Origin: Escherichia phage Ptacy1532
DNA length: 64,000 nt
Sequence record: PQ863255.1
Reading direction: 5' to 3' (one strand)
The translations under genes were made by a program, and so were the position numbers. This document shows, piece by piece, positions 21,390-30,591 of the stretch (position 1 is its first letter; each line of letters begins with the position of its first letter). The notes beneath the pieces were generated by a model that was not told where the DNA came from, did not search any database, and saw nothing but the letters and a program-made list of their open reading frames with translations.

Positions 21390-21553
21390 ACTTCTTCCTT
21401 ATATTCCCAATTTCTTTCATAATATCCAGAGTTATAGTTTAGGGCGCACTTCTCGGCCTCTTCTATGTCGTCAGTGTTTAGGATATTTACCCATCCTCCA
21501 ACTTCATCAAAACCTTCCTCTACTTCGTTAAACCATACACTATATTTCTTCAT
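21386..21553 (-). CDS. hypothetical protein
   Basis: Track ORF 21386..21586 trimmed to the internal ATG with GGGGAAG RBS. Confidence 0.4.
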   Translation of the reverse strand: MKKYSVWFNEVEEGFDEVGGWVNILNTDDIEEAEKCALNYNSGYYERNWEYKEEV

Positions 21554-21726
21554 CGAGAAGTTCTTCCCCAATCTTTTACATAGCATCGACCGTTAACCCA
21601 CTTCGTCTCTGACTTAAATTCTTGAGACAATCTCACTTCACAGTCTTCTCTACTGGCATCCCCTCCGATATCAATCAGATATAGGAACAGAGCTATACCT
21701 AAAGCCCAAAGAGTTATCTTCTTCAT
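21550..21726 (-). CDS. small secreted/membrane protein (58 aa, N-terminal hydrophobic segment)
   Basis: ATGA-coupled to both neighbours; N-terminus MKKITLWALGIALFLYLIDIG. Confidence 0.3.
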   Translation of the reverse strand: MKKITLWALGIALFLYLIDIGGDASREDCEVRLSQEFKSETKWVNGRCYVKDWGRTSR

Positions 21727-22133
21727 CGAATCACCAAAGGCTCCTCAGAGTACACAGGAGCGGCTATTTCTACAGGAGGTGCTGCCCTAAGGTCGTTAAG
21801 TCTTACACCCTTCAGCATCCCATCTAGGTGGTCCTTTTGGGGGATTCCAACAGGGAAGTCGTCAATCCAGATATCTACAAAGAAACCTAGCTGCCGACAT
21901 ACCTCATCCTTCTGTACACCATTGCAAAAGATGATAGGAATCTGCAAACACTCTGCATCAATCTTAATGTCGTGATTGTCATACCCATTAGGCTCTGCAA
22001 AGCGATAAGTTACAAAACGTACATCATAACCTTTAGCTTGCATTAATGCCACCACAGAGCGCCACAGCTTTTTATCTGAGGTGTAAGTGTCATCATAATC
22101 TAAACCAATATTCATGTCAAATCCTTTAGACAA
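21723..22133 (-). CDS. HAD-superfamily phosphatase-like protein (possible nucleotidase)
   Basis: N-terminal IGLDYDDTYT matches HAD motif I (DxDxT). Confidence 0.45.
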   Translation of the reverse strand: MSKGFDMNIGLDYDDTYTSDKKLWRSVVALMQAKGYDVRFVTYRFAEPNGYDNHDIKIDAECLQIPIIFCNGVQKDEVCRQLGFFVDIWIDDFPVGIPQKDHLDGMLKGVRLNDLRAAPPVEIAAPVYSEEPLVIR

Positions 22134-22155
22134 GAAAAGCCGCCCGAAGGCAGCT
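22131..22155 (-). terminator. Rho-independent terminator
   Basis: AGCTGCC-TTCG-GGCGGCT hairpin (one mismatch) followed by TTTTCTTG on the minus strand. Confidence 0.4.
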
Positions 22156-22161
22156 TCTTAT

Positions 22162-22338
22162 TTAACTGTTCACTTTAGCTTCAAGTGTTTCGTTTTCAAT
22201 ACTCAAGTCAATCACTACACCAGTAAGCTCAACGACTGCTTGGCGAAGGGCATCTTTACCCATAGAGTGTACTTGAGATAAGAAGAAAGCTTTACCTTCT
22301 TCAGTGGATAGGGTTTCTTTCAGTTCAGTTGCAGTCAT
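22162..22338 (-). CDS. small hypothetical protein (about 58 aa)
   Basis: ATG with GAGAGAGGAAAAGA RBS; followed by the terminator at 22131-22155. Confidence 0.3.
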   Translation of the reverse strand: MTATELKETLSTEEGKAFFLSQVHSMGKDALRQAVVELTGVVIDLSIENETLEAKVNS

Positions 22339-22517
22339 TCTTTTCCTCTCTCTCTTTCCATAGTTCAGCCAGTTCTAAATAATATTGTGCTTCATCAGCA
22401 CGTCCTTGTTCACTACAGATGGCGCTTTGACGATAACACCAATCCGATGGCATCTCTTCCACTTCAATCTCCTTGTTACGAACCAATCAATAAGAATAGT
22501 TCATTCGTCTTATTTGT

Positions 22518-22709
22518 TCACTCTGCCAATGCAGGTATCTCTAATCTCTTAATTGTGAATGCTTTGTCTGGAAACTTTCGAACTAGCTCCGCTGCTTTGC
22601 TAATTGCTAAGTTCTCTGTTTCAAAGATACAGAATTGACCATTCAGCGCGGTAATAGTGGAGCCACCACTGAAGATGGCCCAAGATTTATAATAACCACG
22701 AACGCTCAT
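22518..22709 (-). CDS. hypothetical protein (63 aa)
   Basis: Track ORF 22518..22754 trimmed to the ATG with AAGGTGG RBS just after the polymerase stop. Confidence 0.35.
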   Translation of the reverse strand: MSVRGYYKSWAIFSGGSTITALNGQFCIFETENLAISKAAELVRKFPDKAFTIKRLEIPALAE

Positions 22710-22717
22710 AACCCACC

Positions 22718-24562
22718 TTAGTGCGTATGCATCCAGTTTAGTCCAATCTGACAATCAGAAGCCAGAGGACATTCCATGTTCAAATATTCACCCGCTTTCT
22801 TAACACAAAGCTCAGTGTGTTCTTTGAGTTTCTGTACATCATTACGATTCACTGAGAATTGGCCCTCATCGTGCATATCAATTACCTTAGCACAACGAAC
22901 CCTATCCCTCTCAATCCACTTGTTTAGGAACATCATAGCATATTTCATAACAACAGCACCAGCACATTGCAGGAGAGTGTTAAGTGCTTTATGAACCATA
23001 ACCTTACCAGTGGCATCTCGTCTCATTGTAATCTTACGACCATCAACACCAATCAAGTATCCTTGAGCAGCTTTCTCTGTCATACGATCAATGAGGATTG
23101 CAATACATGGGTTCTCTGCCAAGAAACGTGCTCGCATCACTGAACCTTCGTCAGCCCCACCACCTACAATTGAACCAAGCTTAGCGTCTCCAGCACCGTA
23201 GTTGAATGCATAGATAAACGTTTTAGCATTGTCACGAGTAGGAAGACCAGCAAGTTTCTGGTTGTGGGAGTGGATATCGCCTTCAAGGAGGATATCACGA
23301 TACATAATAGCAGAAGCTAAACCACGTTCTGCCAGAGCTTTCTTAGCTGGATTGTTTTCTTCTATTGCTTCAGCAAGCATATCCCTACACTCTTTAATGA
23401 GGTAGTGAGCGAGCATACGAAGCTCAAGTCCAGAACCATCATACCCTAAGAATACTTCTTTACCAGCGGGTATGTAATATTTGTAAGCACCTACAGGTTT
23501 GTCTTTCTTCCCCGGCTTACCTTTCTCGTAAATTACGTTAGTACCTTTTCGTATATAACAACCATCAGGAACAACGTTAGTAATAACGAAAGGACGAGAA
23601 TGATCACTGTCTGAGTTATAGTCAGACTCAAACAGACTGCGACACTCGTGACCAAACAGACCACGGGAGGGAATATTAACCACGATACGATGTTTGAATC
23701 GAAAAGTCGGAGTAGCGCAGCTGTTAGCTTCTGCCGAAAGTTTACCATCTTCGCGTTCCTTTGCTATGAGTCCACTGATAAGACCTAGCCTGTGAGCCGC
23801 TACAACGCGTCTCTTAAGCAAACTTCCGACACTCCCTAGCTCACCCCCTAGCCCCTCTTCAAGAGTCTCCTCGAGGTTTGTAGGAGCTGTAGGCCACTTG
23901 TTTGATGTGGCTAGTGCTTTCTTAATCTCATCAAACGTTACAGGATTACGACGATTAGGGTTCAATCCCAAACCAAATACGTAAGCCTTCATATAGTTCT
24001 TAGTCTTAAACCTGAAATGCTTTTCTAAGAACTTCTTAATATCAGCGTCAACCATCTCGGCTGTCTGCTTCTGTTTAGTATTGCCTCGCATCCAAGCAGT
24101 GTACCATGCTTGATACGTTCCATACTTTCTCATATCTTTCTTAATTTCGAAAGTATTCCAAGGCTTCTTAGATACATTAAACTCTGGAGGAAGAAAGCCC
24201 TCATCCATAAGAGCTTCTTTAACTCGAGCATCTTTCGATGGGTCAAAGTCTACGTATTCAACACAGGTGAAAGCTCCACCAATATCTTCTCTTTTCAGCC
24301 CAACCCTATCACAATAGGCTTGAGGCCACTTCTGTAAAGCTCCAGACTTCTTAAACGGCTTCATATAAGTAGAGCCGTCTAATCTCATCTTAGGTAAGAG
24401 AGGAATCAACTCTCTGTCAATATTAACAATAATCTCTTTAAGGAGGTGAACATACCACCGAGCATTTCTTCGGTTGAAACTCACTCCGTGCTTTGCTTGC
24501 TTAGAGATTATATCAGCGACAGTCATCTCTGTCAAAAATGGAAGAGCGTCCGGGTTGCTCAC
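22718..24562 (-). CDS. DNA polymerase (family A, T7 gp5-like) polymerase domain
   Basis: SGLELRMLAHYL and GDIHSHNQKLAGLPTRDNAKTFIYAFNYGAGDAKLGSIVGG match T7 DNA polymerase motifs A/B; no 3'-5' exonuclease domain in this ORF. Confidence 0.9.
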   Translation of the reverse strand: MSNPDALPFLTEMTVADIISKQAKHGVSFNRRNARWYVHLLKEIIVNIDRELIPLLPKMRLDGSTYMKPFKKSGALQKWPQAYCDRVGLKREDIGGAFTCVEYVDFDPSKDARVKEALMDEGFLPPEFNVSKKPWNTFEIKKDMRKYGTYQAWYTAWMRGNTKQKQTAEMVDADIKKFLEKHFRFKTKNYMKAYVFGLGLNPNRRNPVTFDEIKKALATSNKWPTAPTNLEETLEEGLGGELGSVGSLLKRRVVAAHRLGLISGLIAKEREDGKLSAEANSCATPTFRFKHRIVVNIPSRGLFGHECRSLFESDYNSDSDHSRPFVITNVVPDGCYIRKGTNVIYEKGKPGKKDKPVGAYKYYIPAGKEVFLGYDGSGLELRMLAHYLIKECRDMLAEAIEENNPAKKALAERGLASAIMYRDILLEGDIHSHNQKLAGLPTRDNAKTFIYAFNYGAGDAKLGSIVGGGADEGSVMRARFLAENPCIAILIDRMTEKAAQGYLIGVDGRKITMRRDATGKVMVHKALNTLLQCAGAVVMKYAMMFLNKWIERDRVRCAKVIDMHDEGQFSVNRNDVQKLKEHTELCVKKAGEYLNMECPLASDCQIGLNWMHTH

Positions 24563-24578
24563 TTTATACTCCTTTAAA

Positions 24579-25001
24579 TTATTGGTAAAGTAAATCTGTA
24601 AATGCTTGGTTATCTTCTACCACACCTAACATGGTAGCTTCATCACTATAAGCTCTAACCGACCCATTGACAACTGTCCAAGGAGGGGGCGGAGGAGGTG
24701 TATGTGTAGCTCTGGCTTCACGAGGTTGTTCTCGTACCAGATGAGCCACAACTCTCTGATTAGCAACCTCTTCCCTTTCTCGAATAGCTCTTTGAATGTA
24801 AGCCAGCTTCATACCCCAAGCTTCTTCAAATTCTTGAGGGTGCTTATCGCTGATAACCACATACTGACGTTCAGGAATACCAGAGCGAATCTCTGATAAT
24901 AATTCATGGAACAGGTCCAGTTCGTGCTCAGTGAGATTCATTTCAATATCATCCCACTTGAGAACTAGGAAACGGTTTTGGTGTCTAGCTGGTAATGGCA
25001 T
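24579..25001 (-). CDS. hypothetical protein (contains PPPPPP tract)
   Basis: 140-aa ORF immediately upstream of the polymerase gene. Confidence 0.45.
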   Translation of the reverse strand: MPLPARHQNRFLVLKWDDIEMNLTEHELDLFHELLSEIRSGIPERQYVVISDKHPQEFEEAWGMKLAYIQRAIREREEVANQRVVAHLVREQPREARATHTPPPPPPWTVVNGSVRAYSDEATMLGVVEDNQAFTDLLYQ

Positions 25002-25002
25002 C

Positions 25003-25161
25003 CTACTCCACCTCTACTTCAATGTAAGTTCTCTCTCCAACATCGTCTTTTAAGACCCATGACTTGGCATCTTCTTCCGACTTAAAAGCTTTCACAACGC
25101 TGTATCCGCCTTCCCATTCATCACCGAACCAGCGCTGTCCTACGTAAATGTATTCTTTCAT
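25003..25161 (-). CDS. small hypothetical protein (about 52 aa)
   Basis: ATG 3 nt after the stop of 25165..25449; stop 1 nt before the next ATG. Confidence 0.3.
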   Translation of the reverse strand: MKEYIYVGQRWFGDEWEGGYSVVKAFKSEEDAKSWVLKDDVGERTYIEVEVE

Positions 25162-25164
25162 CAC

Positions 25165-25449
25165 TCAACCTTTCGGGAATGGCATTAAAAATTCTACAGC
25201 AGATTTGATTTCGTTATTGATTCGTGAATCACGGTAAGAGATAAACTTACCTTTGCTGTCACGTAACATCACATGGGTTCTGGCTGTTTTGTGAGGAAGC
25301 AAAGTGATACTGGTTGGTATAGTATCAATTCCTACAGAGCATGAATTGATAGTCTTACTCTCTACTAGCAGATAAGACCAAGTACGCGGTTTCTGCTCCG
25401 GACGGTTGGGGTATGTGTCTCGAATCTGTACCATAGCTAATTTATTCAT
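25165..25449 (-). CDS. hypothetical protein, tandem paralog of 25451..25705
   Basis: Shares TARTHVMLRDSKGKFISY...FLMPFPKG with the neighbour's TARTNVLLRGADGKFISY...NLIPFPKG. Confidence 0.5.
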   Translation of the reverse strand: MNKLAMVQIRDTYPNRPEQKPRTWSYLLVESKTINSCSVGIDTIPTSITLLPHKTARTHVMLRDSKGKFISYRDSRINNEIKSAVEFLMPFPKG

Positions 25450-25450
25450 A

Positions 25451-25705
25451 TTAAACCCCTTTAGGGAATGGGATGAGATTTTCTACTGCAACACGGAAAG
25501 ATTTTTCTACGTTCTTATTCTTATAAGAGATAAATTTTCCATCAGCCCCGCGAAGGAGCACGTTAGTGCGAGCTGTATTTGGGTTTTGTTGAATCATAGA
25601 ACGAATGATGTTCTCTGAACCTCTATGCTTATTGGTGAATTTCCAACTGATAGTTTTACCGGTACGAGTTACATCAATGATATTTACGATTTTTACAATA
25701 GACAT
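25451..25705 (-). CDS. hypothetical protein, tandem paralog of 25165..25449
   Basis: See paralog; genes are separated by 1 nt. Confidence 0.5.
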   Translation of the reverse strand: MSIVKIVNIIDVTRTGKTISWKFTNKHRGSENIIRSMIQQNPNTARTNVLLRGADGKFISYKNKNVEKSFRVAVENLIPFPKGV

Positions 25706-25734
25706 AGTTATTACCTAAGAAGTTTAGTTTGGTT

Positions 25735-25771
25735 TATATAAAAGAAAAGGCCACCTGATTAGGCAGCCTTT
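25735..25771 (-). terminator. candidate Rho-independent terminator
   Basis: AAAGGC...GCCTTT stem with inner CC/GG pairs followed by TTCTTTTATAT on the minus strand, directly after the stop of 25775..26068. Confidence 0.35.
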
Positions 25772-25774
25772 GTT

Positions 25775-26068
25775 CTAGAGACGAAGCCAAGTTTGATAGT
25801 CAGCTTCAGTGTAATGGTTGTTCCGAGAGTTGTTTTTCATCTCCTTGAGGGTAGCTCTTAGGTCGATGTTATGCTCTCTCCTTGTTCTATTCGGGTCTGT
25901 ATCTTCTAATAGATGGGAGTGATCACTACAAGAGTAGTGCTTATAGTGGTCCCTGTACCCCCTATTTGGAGAATACTTGGTCATTAAAGTTGCAACTCTT
26001 TTTACACCCTCTGCTTTACAGAATTTACAGTAAGTGTGAATTGTACATCTTTTTGTTTCTGCTGACAC
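25775..26068 (-). CDS. Cys/His-rich small protein (possible zinc-binding)
   Basis: CTIHTYCKFCK ... HYKHYSCSDHSH. Confidence 0.45.
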   Translation of the reverse strand: MSAETKRCTIHTYCKFCKAEGVKRVATLMTKYSPNRGYRDHYKHYSCSDHSHLLEDTDPNRTRREHNIDLRATLKEMKNNSRNNHYTEADYQTWLRL

Positions 26069-26078
26069 TATAACCTCT

Positions 26079-26393
26079 TTATGAGCTTAAAGCTCCTTTG
26101 CGTGCTCCAGCTGCTTTTCCAGCTCGATCACCACTTTTGCCGCCGTTTGAACGGTTTGAGCTGACTGATTCAACACGTAAATTGCTTGACGCATTAGAAC
26201 CTCCAGACTTGACAGCTCGTTTGTGTCCAACATCTTTACCTCTGACAGCAGCTTTTCCATCGCGCTTTTCAACGATGCGACGTGCACGGTGGCGCTGAGC
26301 ATCTCCGCTCTTGCTCCCAACGCCTGTCTCACCACGGGCAATTGCGGTACGTCTTTCTTGTGCATAATCTCTCTTTCCTACATGGTCTGCCAT
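26079..26393 (-). CDS. highly basic Gly/Lys/Arg-rich protein
   Basis: Strong AAGGAG RBS 7 nt from ATG; chosen over the overlapping frame 26087..26365. Confidence 0.5.
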   Translation of the reverse strand: MADHVGKRDYAQERRTAIARGETGVGSKSGDAQRHRARRIVEKRDGKAAVRGKDVGHKRAVKSGGSNASSNLRVESVSSNRSNGGKSGDRAGKAAGARKGALSS

Positions 26394-26427
26394 TTAGAAC
26401 TCCTTAATATATCAGTGTACACTAAGG

Positions 26428-26438
26428 AGTATACATTA
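26428..26438 (-). promoter_or_regulatory. TAATGTATACT motif about 35 nt upstream of gene 26079..26393 (candidate phage promoter element)
   Basis: Minus strand reads CTATAATGTATACTCCTTAG. Confidence 0.35.
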
Positions 26439-26447
26439 TAGATGATG

Positions 26448-26615
26448 TTAAAACTCTGCTAAGTACTTAATATCAGAGGCATATACCTCATCAAAGGAAA
26501 TAACTTCCCCGTTGTAAAGAAGCTCTATTTTCAGTATACCAGAGCATTTGGTGTCTTTAGAGTCAACTCTGATAGAGAGTTTATCAACTATATGAGCTTT
26601 AATCTCTTCTATCAT
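26448..26615 (-). CDS. hypothetical protein
   Basis: Track ORF 26448..26696 trimmed to an internal start; exact start uncertain. Confidence 0.35.
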   Translation of the reverse strand: MIEEIKAHIVDKLSIRVDSKDTKCSGILKIELLYNGEVISFDEVYASDIKYLAEF

Positions 26616-26628
26616 TAACTCTTGAGTA

Positions 26629-26814
26629 TTACTCACTCCACCCTCCCGGTGGTACAAAATCATCAGGAACGTCAATGATAGTAGGTTCTCCATCATTCAT
26701 GCAGGTGTCTTCATTGAACTCTTCACACTCAAAACATGCTCGTTCGATATTTTTGTAGAAGTCGATGGTTGCTGAACCATCACCACAATCTCGGATAACT
26801 AAAGCGACTTTCAT
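26629..26814 (-). CDS. Cys-containing acidic hypothetical protein
   Basis: ATG overlaps the phoH stop (ATGA). Confidence 0.4.
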   Translation of the reverse strand: MKVALVIRDCGDGSATIDFYKNIERACFECEEFNEDTCMNDGEPTIIDVPDDFVPPGGWSE

Positions 26815-27554
26815 TTATCTTGTTCCTTTTCCATAGCTTTAACAATGGCTTTACAGAAACCAGAACGAACAATGTCATCTGACTCACCGTCTACAATCTC
26901 AGCAAACTCATACAGATCATGTTCATCAATAAAGTTAGTAGCCCAAGTCAGGCCACTCTCACGACCACGCATATCATGCTGGTTTGTATCACCCATGCAA
27001 AACAGCTGAGAGGTTTCTCCCAATCGAGTCATGATGGAGAAGGCTTCATCCTTAGTTGTGTTCTGGAACTCATCTACGATAACAATAGCATCATTGAAAG
27101 AACGACCACGGAGGTATTCCAGAGGTACGAACTCGATGTTGCTATTACCAAGTTGGCATTCATAGAACCCCTTACCATATCGCTGAGTAATAACATCAAT
27201 GATAGGCATCAGGTAAGGTTCAAACTTCTCACGCATTCCTCCCGGAAGTAACCCAAGAGAATTGCCCATGCCAACCGAAGGACGACTCAGAATGATCTTC
27301 TGAATCTTACCACTCTTCAGTGCATCGATAACCGTGGAAGTGATTACAAAGGTCTTACCACAGCCCGCAGGAGCGTCTGTGAACACAACTTGTTTAGTCT
27401 TAATAGCATTGAGTAGCTCAGACTGAAACTGGTTCTGAGGGACTACAGGCTTTGCTAAAACCACCTCTTCATACTCTCGCTTACCTTTACGAGTAACAAG
27501 TGCTTCCCGACGAAGGTCTTTCCGTGATTCTTTCCGTGATTGACGACGACTCAT
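26811..27554 (-). CDS. phoH: PhoH-like ATPase
   Basis: Walker A DAPAGCGKT plus conserved PhoH core (IVDEFQN, LGETSQLFCMGD). Confidence 0.85.
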   Translation of the reverse strand: MSRRQSRKESRKDLRREALVTRKGKREYEEVVLAKPVVPQNQFQSELLNAIKTKQVVFTDAPAGCGKTFVITSTVIDALKSGKIQKIILSRPSVGMGNSLGLLPGGMREKFEPYLMPIIDVITQRYGKGFYECQLGNSNIEFVPLEYLRGRSFNDAIVIVDEFQNTTKDEAFSIMTRLGETSQLFCMGDTNQHDMRGRESGLTWATNFIDEHDLYEFAEIVDGESDDIVRSGFCKAIVKAMEKEQDK

Positions 27555-27748
27555 TTACGCTCTCCAATTTCTTCGTAATGACACTCAGTAGTTAAGCAGT
27601 CTTTACAGATTGCTGTATAAACCCTGACGTTAGTAAATCGTTTGTTCTTCCCTTTGGTTGGAGAGCCTTTGGCAAGCTCTCTGATAACCTTGTTACTTAA
27701 ATGAAGGTTTGTTCCTTCACATCTAGAGCACTTCACCACAATGTCCAT
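27551..27748 (-). CDS. small zinc-ribbon protein
   Basis: CSRCEG ... CKDCLTTECH; ATGA coupling to phoH. Confidence 0.45.
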   Translation of the reverse strand: MDIVVKCSRCEGTNLHLSNKVIRELAKGSPTKGKNKRFTNVRVYTAICKDCLTTECHYEEIGERK

Positions 27749-27933
27749 TCAGTAAGAGACCACAGGGAGTCACCTATGTGGGCATTGTCATTCCTGATGA
27801 GGTCTTTGATTTTATCAACATCAGTTAAGTGAGTCACATTCAAAATATCCTCAACATCCGGGGTATATTTAAATATGGCAATAATACTGTTGTGATCTTC
27901 AGCATATCTTTCTAGAACATAAACTACACTCAT
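27733..27933 (-). CDS. hypothetical protein
   Basis: 66-aa ORF in the co-directional array. Confidence 0.4.
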   Translation of the reverse strand: MSVVYVLERYAEDHNSIIAIFKYTPDVEDILNVTHLTDVDKIKDLIRNDNAHIGDSLWSLTEWTLW

Positions 27934-28136
27934 AAGGCATCAACCTCTCTCAGATACCACCATTTAAACTCAACACCTTTACGACCACCACCATTCATAA
28001 CCCAACGCATCATCTCATCAGGTATTCCAAAAGGTTTAAGTTTCGCATAGTTAGGTTTTTCTAAGAACACAGCTTCAAAATACTCACCATCTTGATCATA
28101 CTGGTTGATTGCTCTTGTTAGTACCCATACTTTCAT
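27930..28136 (-). CDS. hypothetical protein
   Basis: Track ORF 27930..28247 trimmed to an internal ATG to limit overlap with 28096..28452. Confidence 0.35.
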   Translation of the reverse strand: MKVWVLTRAINQYDQDGEYFEAVFLEKPNYAKLKPFGIPDEMMRWVMNGGGRKGVEFKWWYLREVDAL

Positions 28137-28452
28137 TACTCTTCTCTTTATGAAGTCTATAAACAGCTGTCGCCATGCAAGCAACAGCTTCATTATGCGG
28201 AAGGTGCATCCCTGTAGAACCATCCCAATCTTTGAACTCATTGTCAAAGACTCCGGTAGGTTCTGGATACAGAGCTTGCAGCTCCACTAGATCATTAGCA
28301 ACTTGTTGCCATTTATCATCAGACCAGATAGGGTCATCCAACCAGTAATACAAATAGGAATGGATGATCAATTGCCTTCTATGCCGATTGATTACTTCAG
28401 CGGGACTTATTTCACTTCCATTTGAAGTTCTAAATGTATTACCGTCGATCAT
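28096..28452 (-). CDS. hypothetical protein
   Basis: 118-aa ORF, protein-like composition. Confidence 0.45.
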   Translation of the reverse strand: MIDGNTFRTSNGSEISPAEVINRHRRQLIIHSYLYYWLDDPIWSDDKWQQVANDLVELQALYPEPTGVFDNEFKDWDGSTGMHLPHNEAVACMATAVYRLHKEKSNESMGTNKSNQPV

Positions 28453-28655
28453 TATGAAAATTTCCGTTCTGTTAAAAAGTATATAACTTCATTATCTGGA
28501 GACCGAACTTTCTCTCCATTTACTAATTTCTTAGCATCTTCATATGAAGCACAATCCAAAGCAGGGTTATCAGGTGTTGGCTTCCCTAGGAAATATTTCC
28601 AAGTCCAACGCTCTCTGTCATCATCTTGACAGTCAAGAGTCCACAATGTTTTCAT
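28452..28655 (-). CDS. hypothetical protein
   Basis: 67-aa ORF. Confidence 0.4.
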   Translation of the reverse strand: MKTLWTLDCQDDDRERWTWKYFLGKPTPDNPALDCASYEDAKKLVNGEKVRSPDNEVIYFLTERKFS

Positions 28656-28837
28656 TTAACAACCTTAAATTTGAATGTTGTTGGGTGATAATAGTGCAAC
28701 CTGTTGATAGTATGCTTTGTTTCAAGGTATGTCCTACAGGAGTGGCACATAACATGAGACAAACCAGTCACAGGATTGGGCTTAAAATTGATGATAAGCT
28801 TCTCTTTCTTACAGAAGCTACAGACTTTCTTTTCCAT
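28652..28837 (-). CDS. small zinc-ribbon protein
   Basis: Track ORF 28652..28906 trimmed; CSFCKK ... CHSC. Confidence 0.4.
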   Translation of the reverse strand: MEKKVCSFCKKEKLIINFKPNPVTGLSHVMCHSCRTYLETKHTINRLHYYHPTTFKFKVVK

Positions 28838-29051
28838 CTTTTCTCCAGTGGTCAACGAATTGCTGAAACACTTTATGGTCGAAGGTGAAACCACGAGCAA
28901 TCCCACACTCTACGAAAGTAGAAGGCATATAGTCTACATCACCTTTAGATGTATGACCATAAACTTGAATAAGCTTTTTAATCTTACCCTTCTCTCTTCG
29001 AGGAAGCATCCTAAATGCCTCCTGAATATCTGTAATATGTTTGACTTTCAT
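28818..29051 (-). CDS. hypothetical protein
   Basis: 77-aa ORF. Confidence 0.4.
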   Translation of the reverse strand: MKVKHITDIQEAFRMLPRREKGKIKKLIQVYGHTSKGDVDYMPSTFVECGIARGFTFDHKVFQQFVDHWRKDGKESL

Positions 29052-29197
29052 CAGAAATTCCTGCTAATCCTCTGGATTATGAGAACAGCAATACTCACAT
29101 ACTCCGCAATATGGACAAATTTCTACACTTGGGTCATATGCATCATCCACTGTCATTCCGCACTTGGTACAGAACACGTCGTCATCTTCTTCCAATA

Positions 29198-29854
29198 TTA
29201 AATCTCCAATGTTTTCTTCAGAGCTGCCCACGAGATTGGGTAGATCTTAGTCATCTCTTCGTCTACAGATTTAGCAAACACTCGAACTTCATATTGAGCG
29301 TGAGAGGAGAGTCGCTGACGACACAACTCAAACCATCCATACAAAGAACCAGTCCACACCCACTCAGTGATCATCCCCTGAGGAAGAACAAATCGAGCTT
29401 GCTCTGGTGCAATAAATTCAATCAACTTGTCATATGCTGCTAGAGAAGCTTCATATGCATCATTAATCAGCATTAATGCTTCAGCTCGTTCTCCGTCGAT
29501 GAGTTGAATCCCTGAACCTGCATGGAGGTCCGAAGGTCTCGCAAAAATCTCTTTAGGGATGAAGACTTCAACTGCTCCATCTTTATACCGCCGGGACATT
29601 TCGTTCCACGAGAATCCAACCTGATGCTTCTGTAGTTGACGAGCGATTGCAATTGGAGCCTTACAACGAAAGGACACTTGTGGGTGACGGAACGGAGTGC
29701 AGTGTTTCTCTCTAGCCAAGAAATTAATCAACCGAGTGTCACGATCGTTCAAATCACCCTCTCGTACAACACCAAAAGAAACTCTTGCAGCATTAACAAC
29801 AGTTTTATCACTGCCCATAGCCTCAATCAATGTTGCTTGCAATTGTTCATTCAT
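29198..29854 (-). CDS. thyX: flavin-dependent thymidylate synthase (ThyX-like)
   Basis: FRHPQVSFRCK ... NEMSRRY matches the ThyX RHR / S.R / SxRY signature. Confidence 0.7.
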   Translation of the reverse strand: MNEQLQATLIEAMGSDKTVVNAARVSFGVVREGDLNDRDTRLINFLAREKHCTPFRHPQVSFRCKAPIAIARQLQKHQVGFSWNEMSRRYKDGAVEVFIPKEIFARPSDLHAGSGIQLIDGERAEALMLINDAYEASLAAYDKLIEFIAPEQARFVLPQGMITEWVWTGSLYGWFELCRQRLSSHAQYEVRVFAKSVDEEMTKIYPISWAALKKTLEI

Positions 29855-30326
29855 ACTTCAACTTCTCCTTGTTATAAGCAATCTCTGCTTCCTCTGGAGT
29901 ATGGAAAGTTCCTAGATGCTTAGTCTTTCCATTAACTCCGATGATAGCTCTGAATTTTGTACCACTAGCCGTCTCTCTGATGTAAACACCCATTGGAAGT
30001 TTTCCAGCTTTTCCGGCTCTGTTGTATTGTTTTCTGTTATGACAGTTTGTAGATGGGTCAACATCTCTTAGATTTTTAAGAGAGTCATCCAGTTTAATCT
30101 GGTTGATATGATCAATCTCAAACTCAGGCATCTTTCCATAAGAGAAAAACCAAGCTAATCGACATGCTCTGTAAGATTTCCCTTCATAATAGATATACCT
30201 GTAACCTAATGTTGAGATACACCCAGCAATGTTCCCTGATATTCTCCGACCTTTAGTATTCTTCCACCTAAAGACCCCAGTATCAGGGTCATATGCTAGG
30301 TCATCTTTTATTTTATCAGTTAACAC
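29847..30326 (-). CDS. HNH homing endonuclease with C-terminal AP2-type DNA-binding domain
   Basis: EIDHINQIKLDDSLKNL ... CHNRKQ HNH motif; GVYIRETASGTKFRAIIGVNGKTKHLGTFHTPEEAEIAY AP2-like. Confidence 0.65.
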   Translation of the reverse strand: MLTDKIKDDLAYDPDTGVFRWKNTKGRRISGNIAGCISTLGYRYIYYEGKSYRACRLAWFFSYGKMPEFEIDHINQIKLDDSLKNLRDVDPSTNCHNRKQYNRAGKAGKLPMGVYIRETASGTKFRAIIGVNGKTKHLGTFHTPEEAEIAYNKEKLKYE

Positions 30327-30591
30327 CTAAAGCTGTGTCCAAAAATGCTTTCAGGTTTGCTTCAGTCTGCATACCAGAGAGGCTGTAATGTGCACCGCTG
30401 TTACGGTCAGGTACAACGAAAGCAGGGATGCTTCGTACACCATACTTAACAGCTTGCTCACGACCATCACCTTCAAGGATGTTAATCTCTTCCACTTCTA
30501 CATCAAACTCCTTAACAACCTTCTCAAAGGTAGGAGCCATTGCTTTACATGGAGCACATTGATCACTATAAAACTTAATTACTTTAGACAT
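30316..30591 (-). CDS. thioredoxin
   Basis: Track ORF trimmed to the ATG; active-site-like CAPC in FYSDQCAPCKAMAP. Confidence 0.65.
   Translation of the reverse strand: MSKVIKFYSDQCAPCKAMAPTFEKVVKEFDVEVEEINILEGDGREQAVKYGVRSIPAFVVPDRNSGAHYSLSGMQTEANLKAFLDTALGVN

Noticed and set aside
22387-22638. 83-aa plus-strand ORF between minus-strand genes
   Set aside because: Antisense to a minus-strand ORF that fits the operon, with no RBS; presumed spurious (unlike the plus-strand HNH gene at 51846, which has a clear motif)
26087-26365. 92-aa minus-strand ORF overlapping 26079..26393 in another frame
   Set aside because: The longer frame has a strong AAGGAG RBS at optimal spacing; only one of the two overlapping frames is likely expressed, though the alternative is helical and protein-like, so this is not certain
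29052-29200. Short Cys-rich ORF (about 40 aa, CTKC...CPYC) between 28818..29051 and the ThyX gene
   Set aside because: No unambiguous start codon or RBS could be identified and it overlaps the ThyX 3' end; too uncertain to list as a gene
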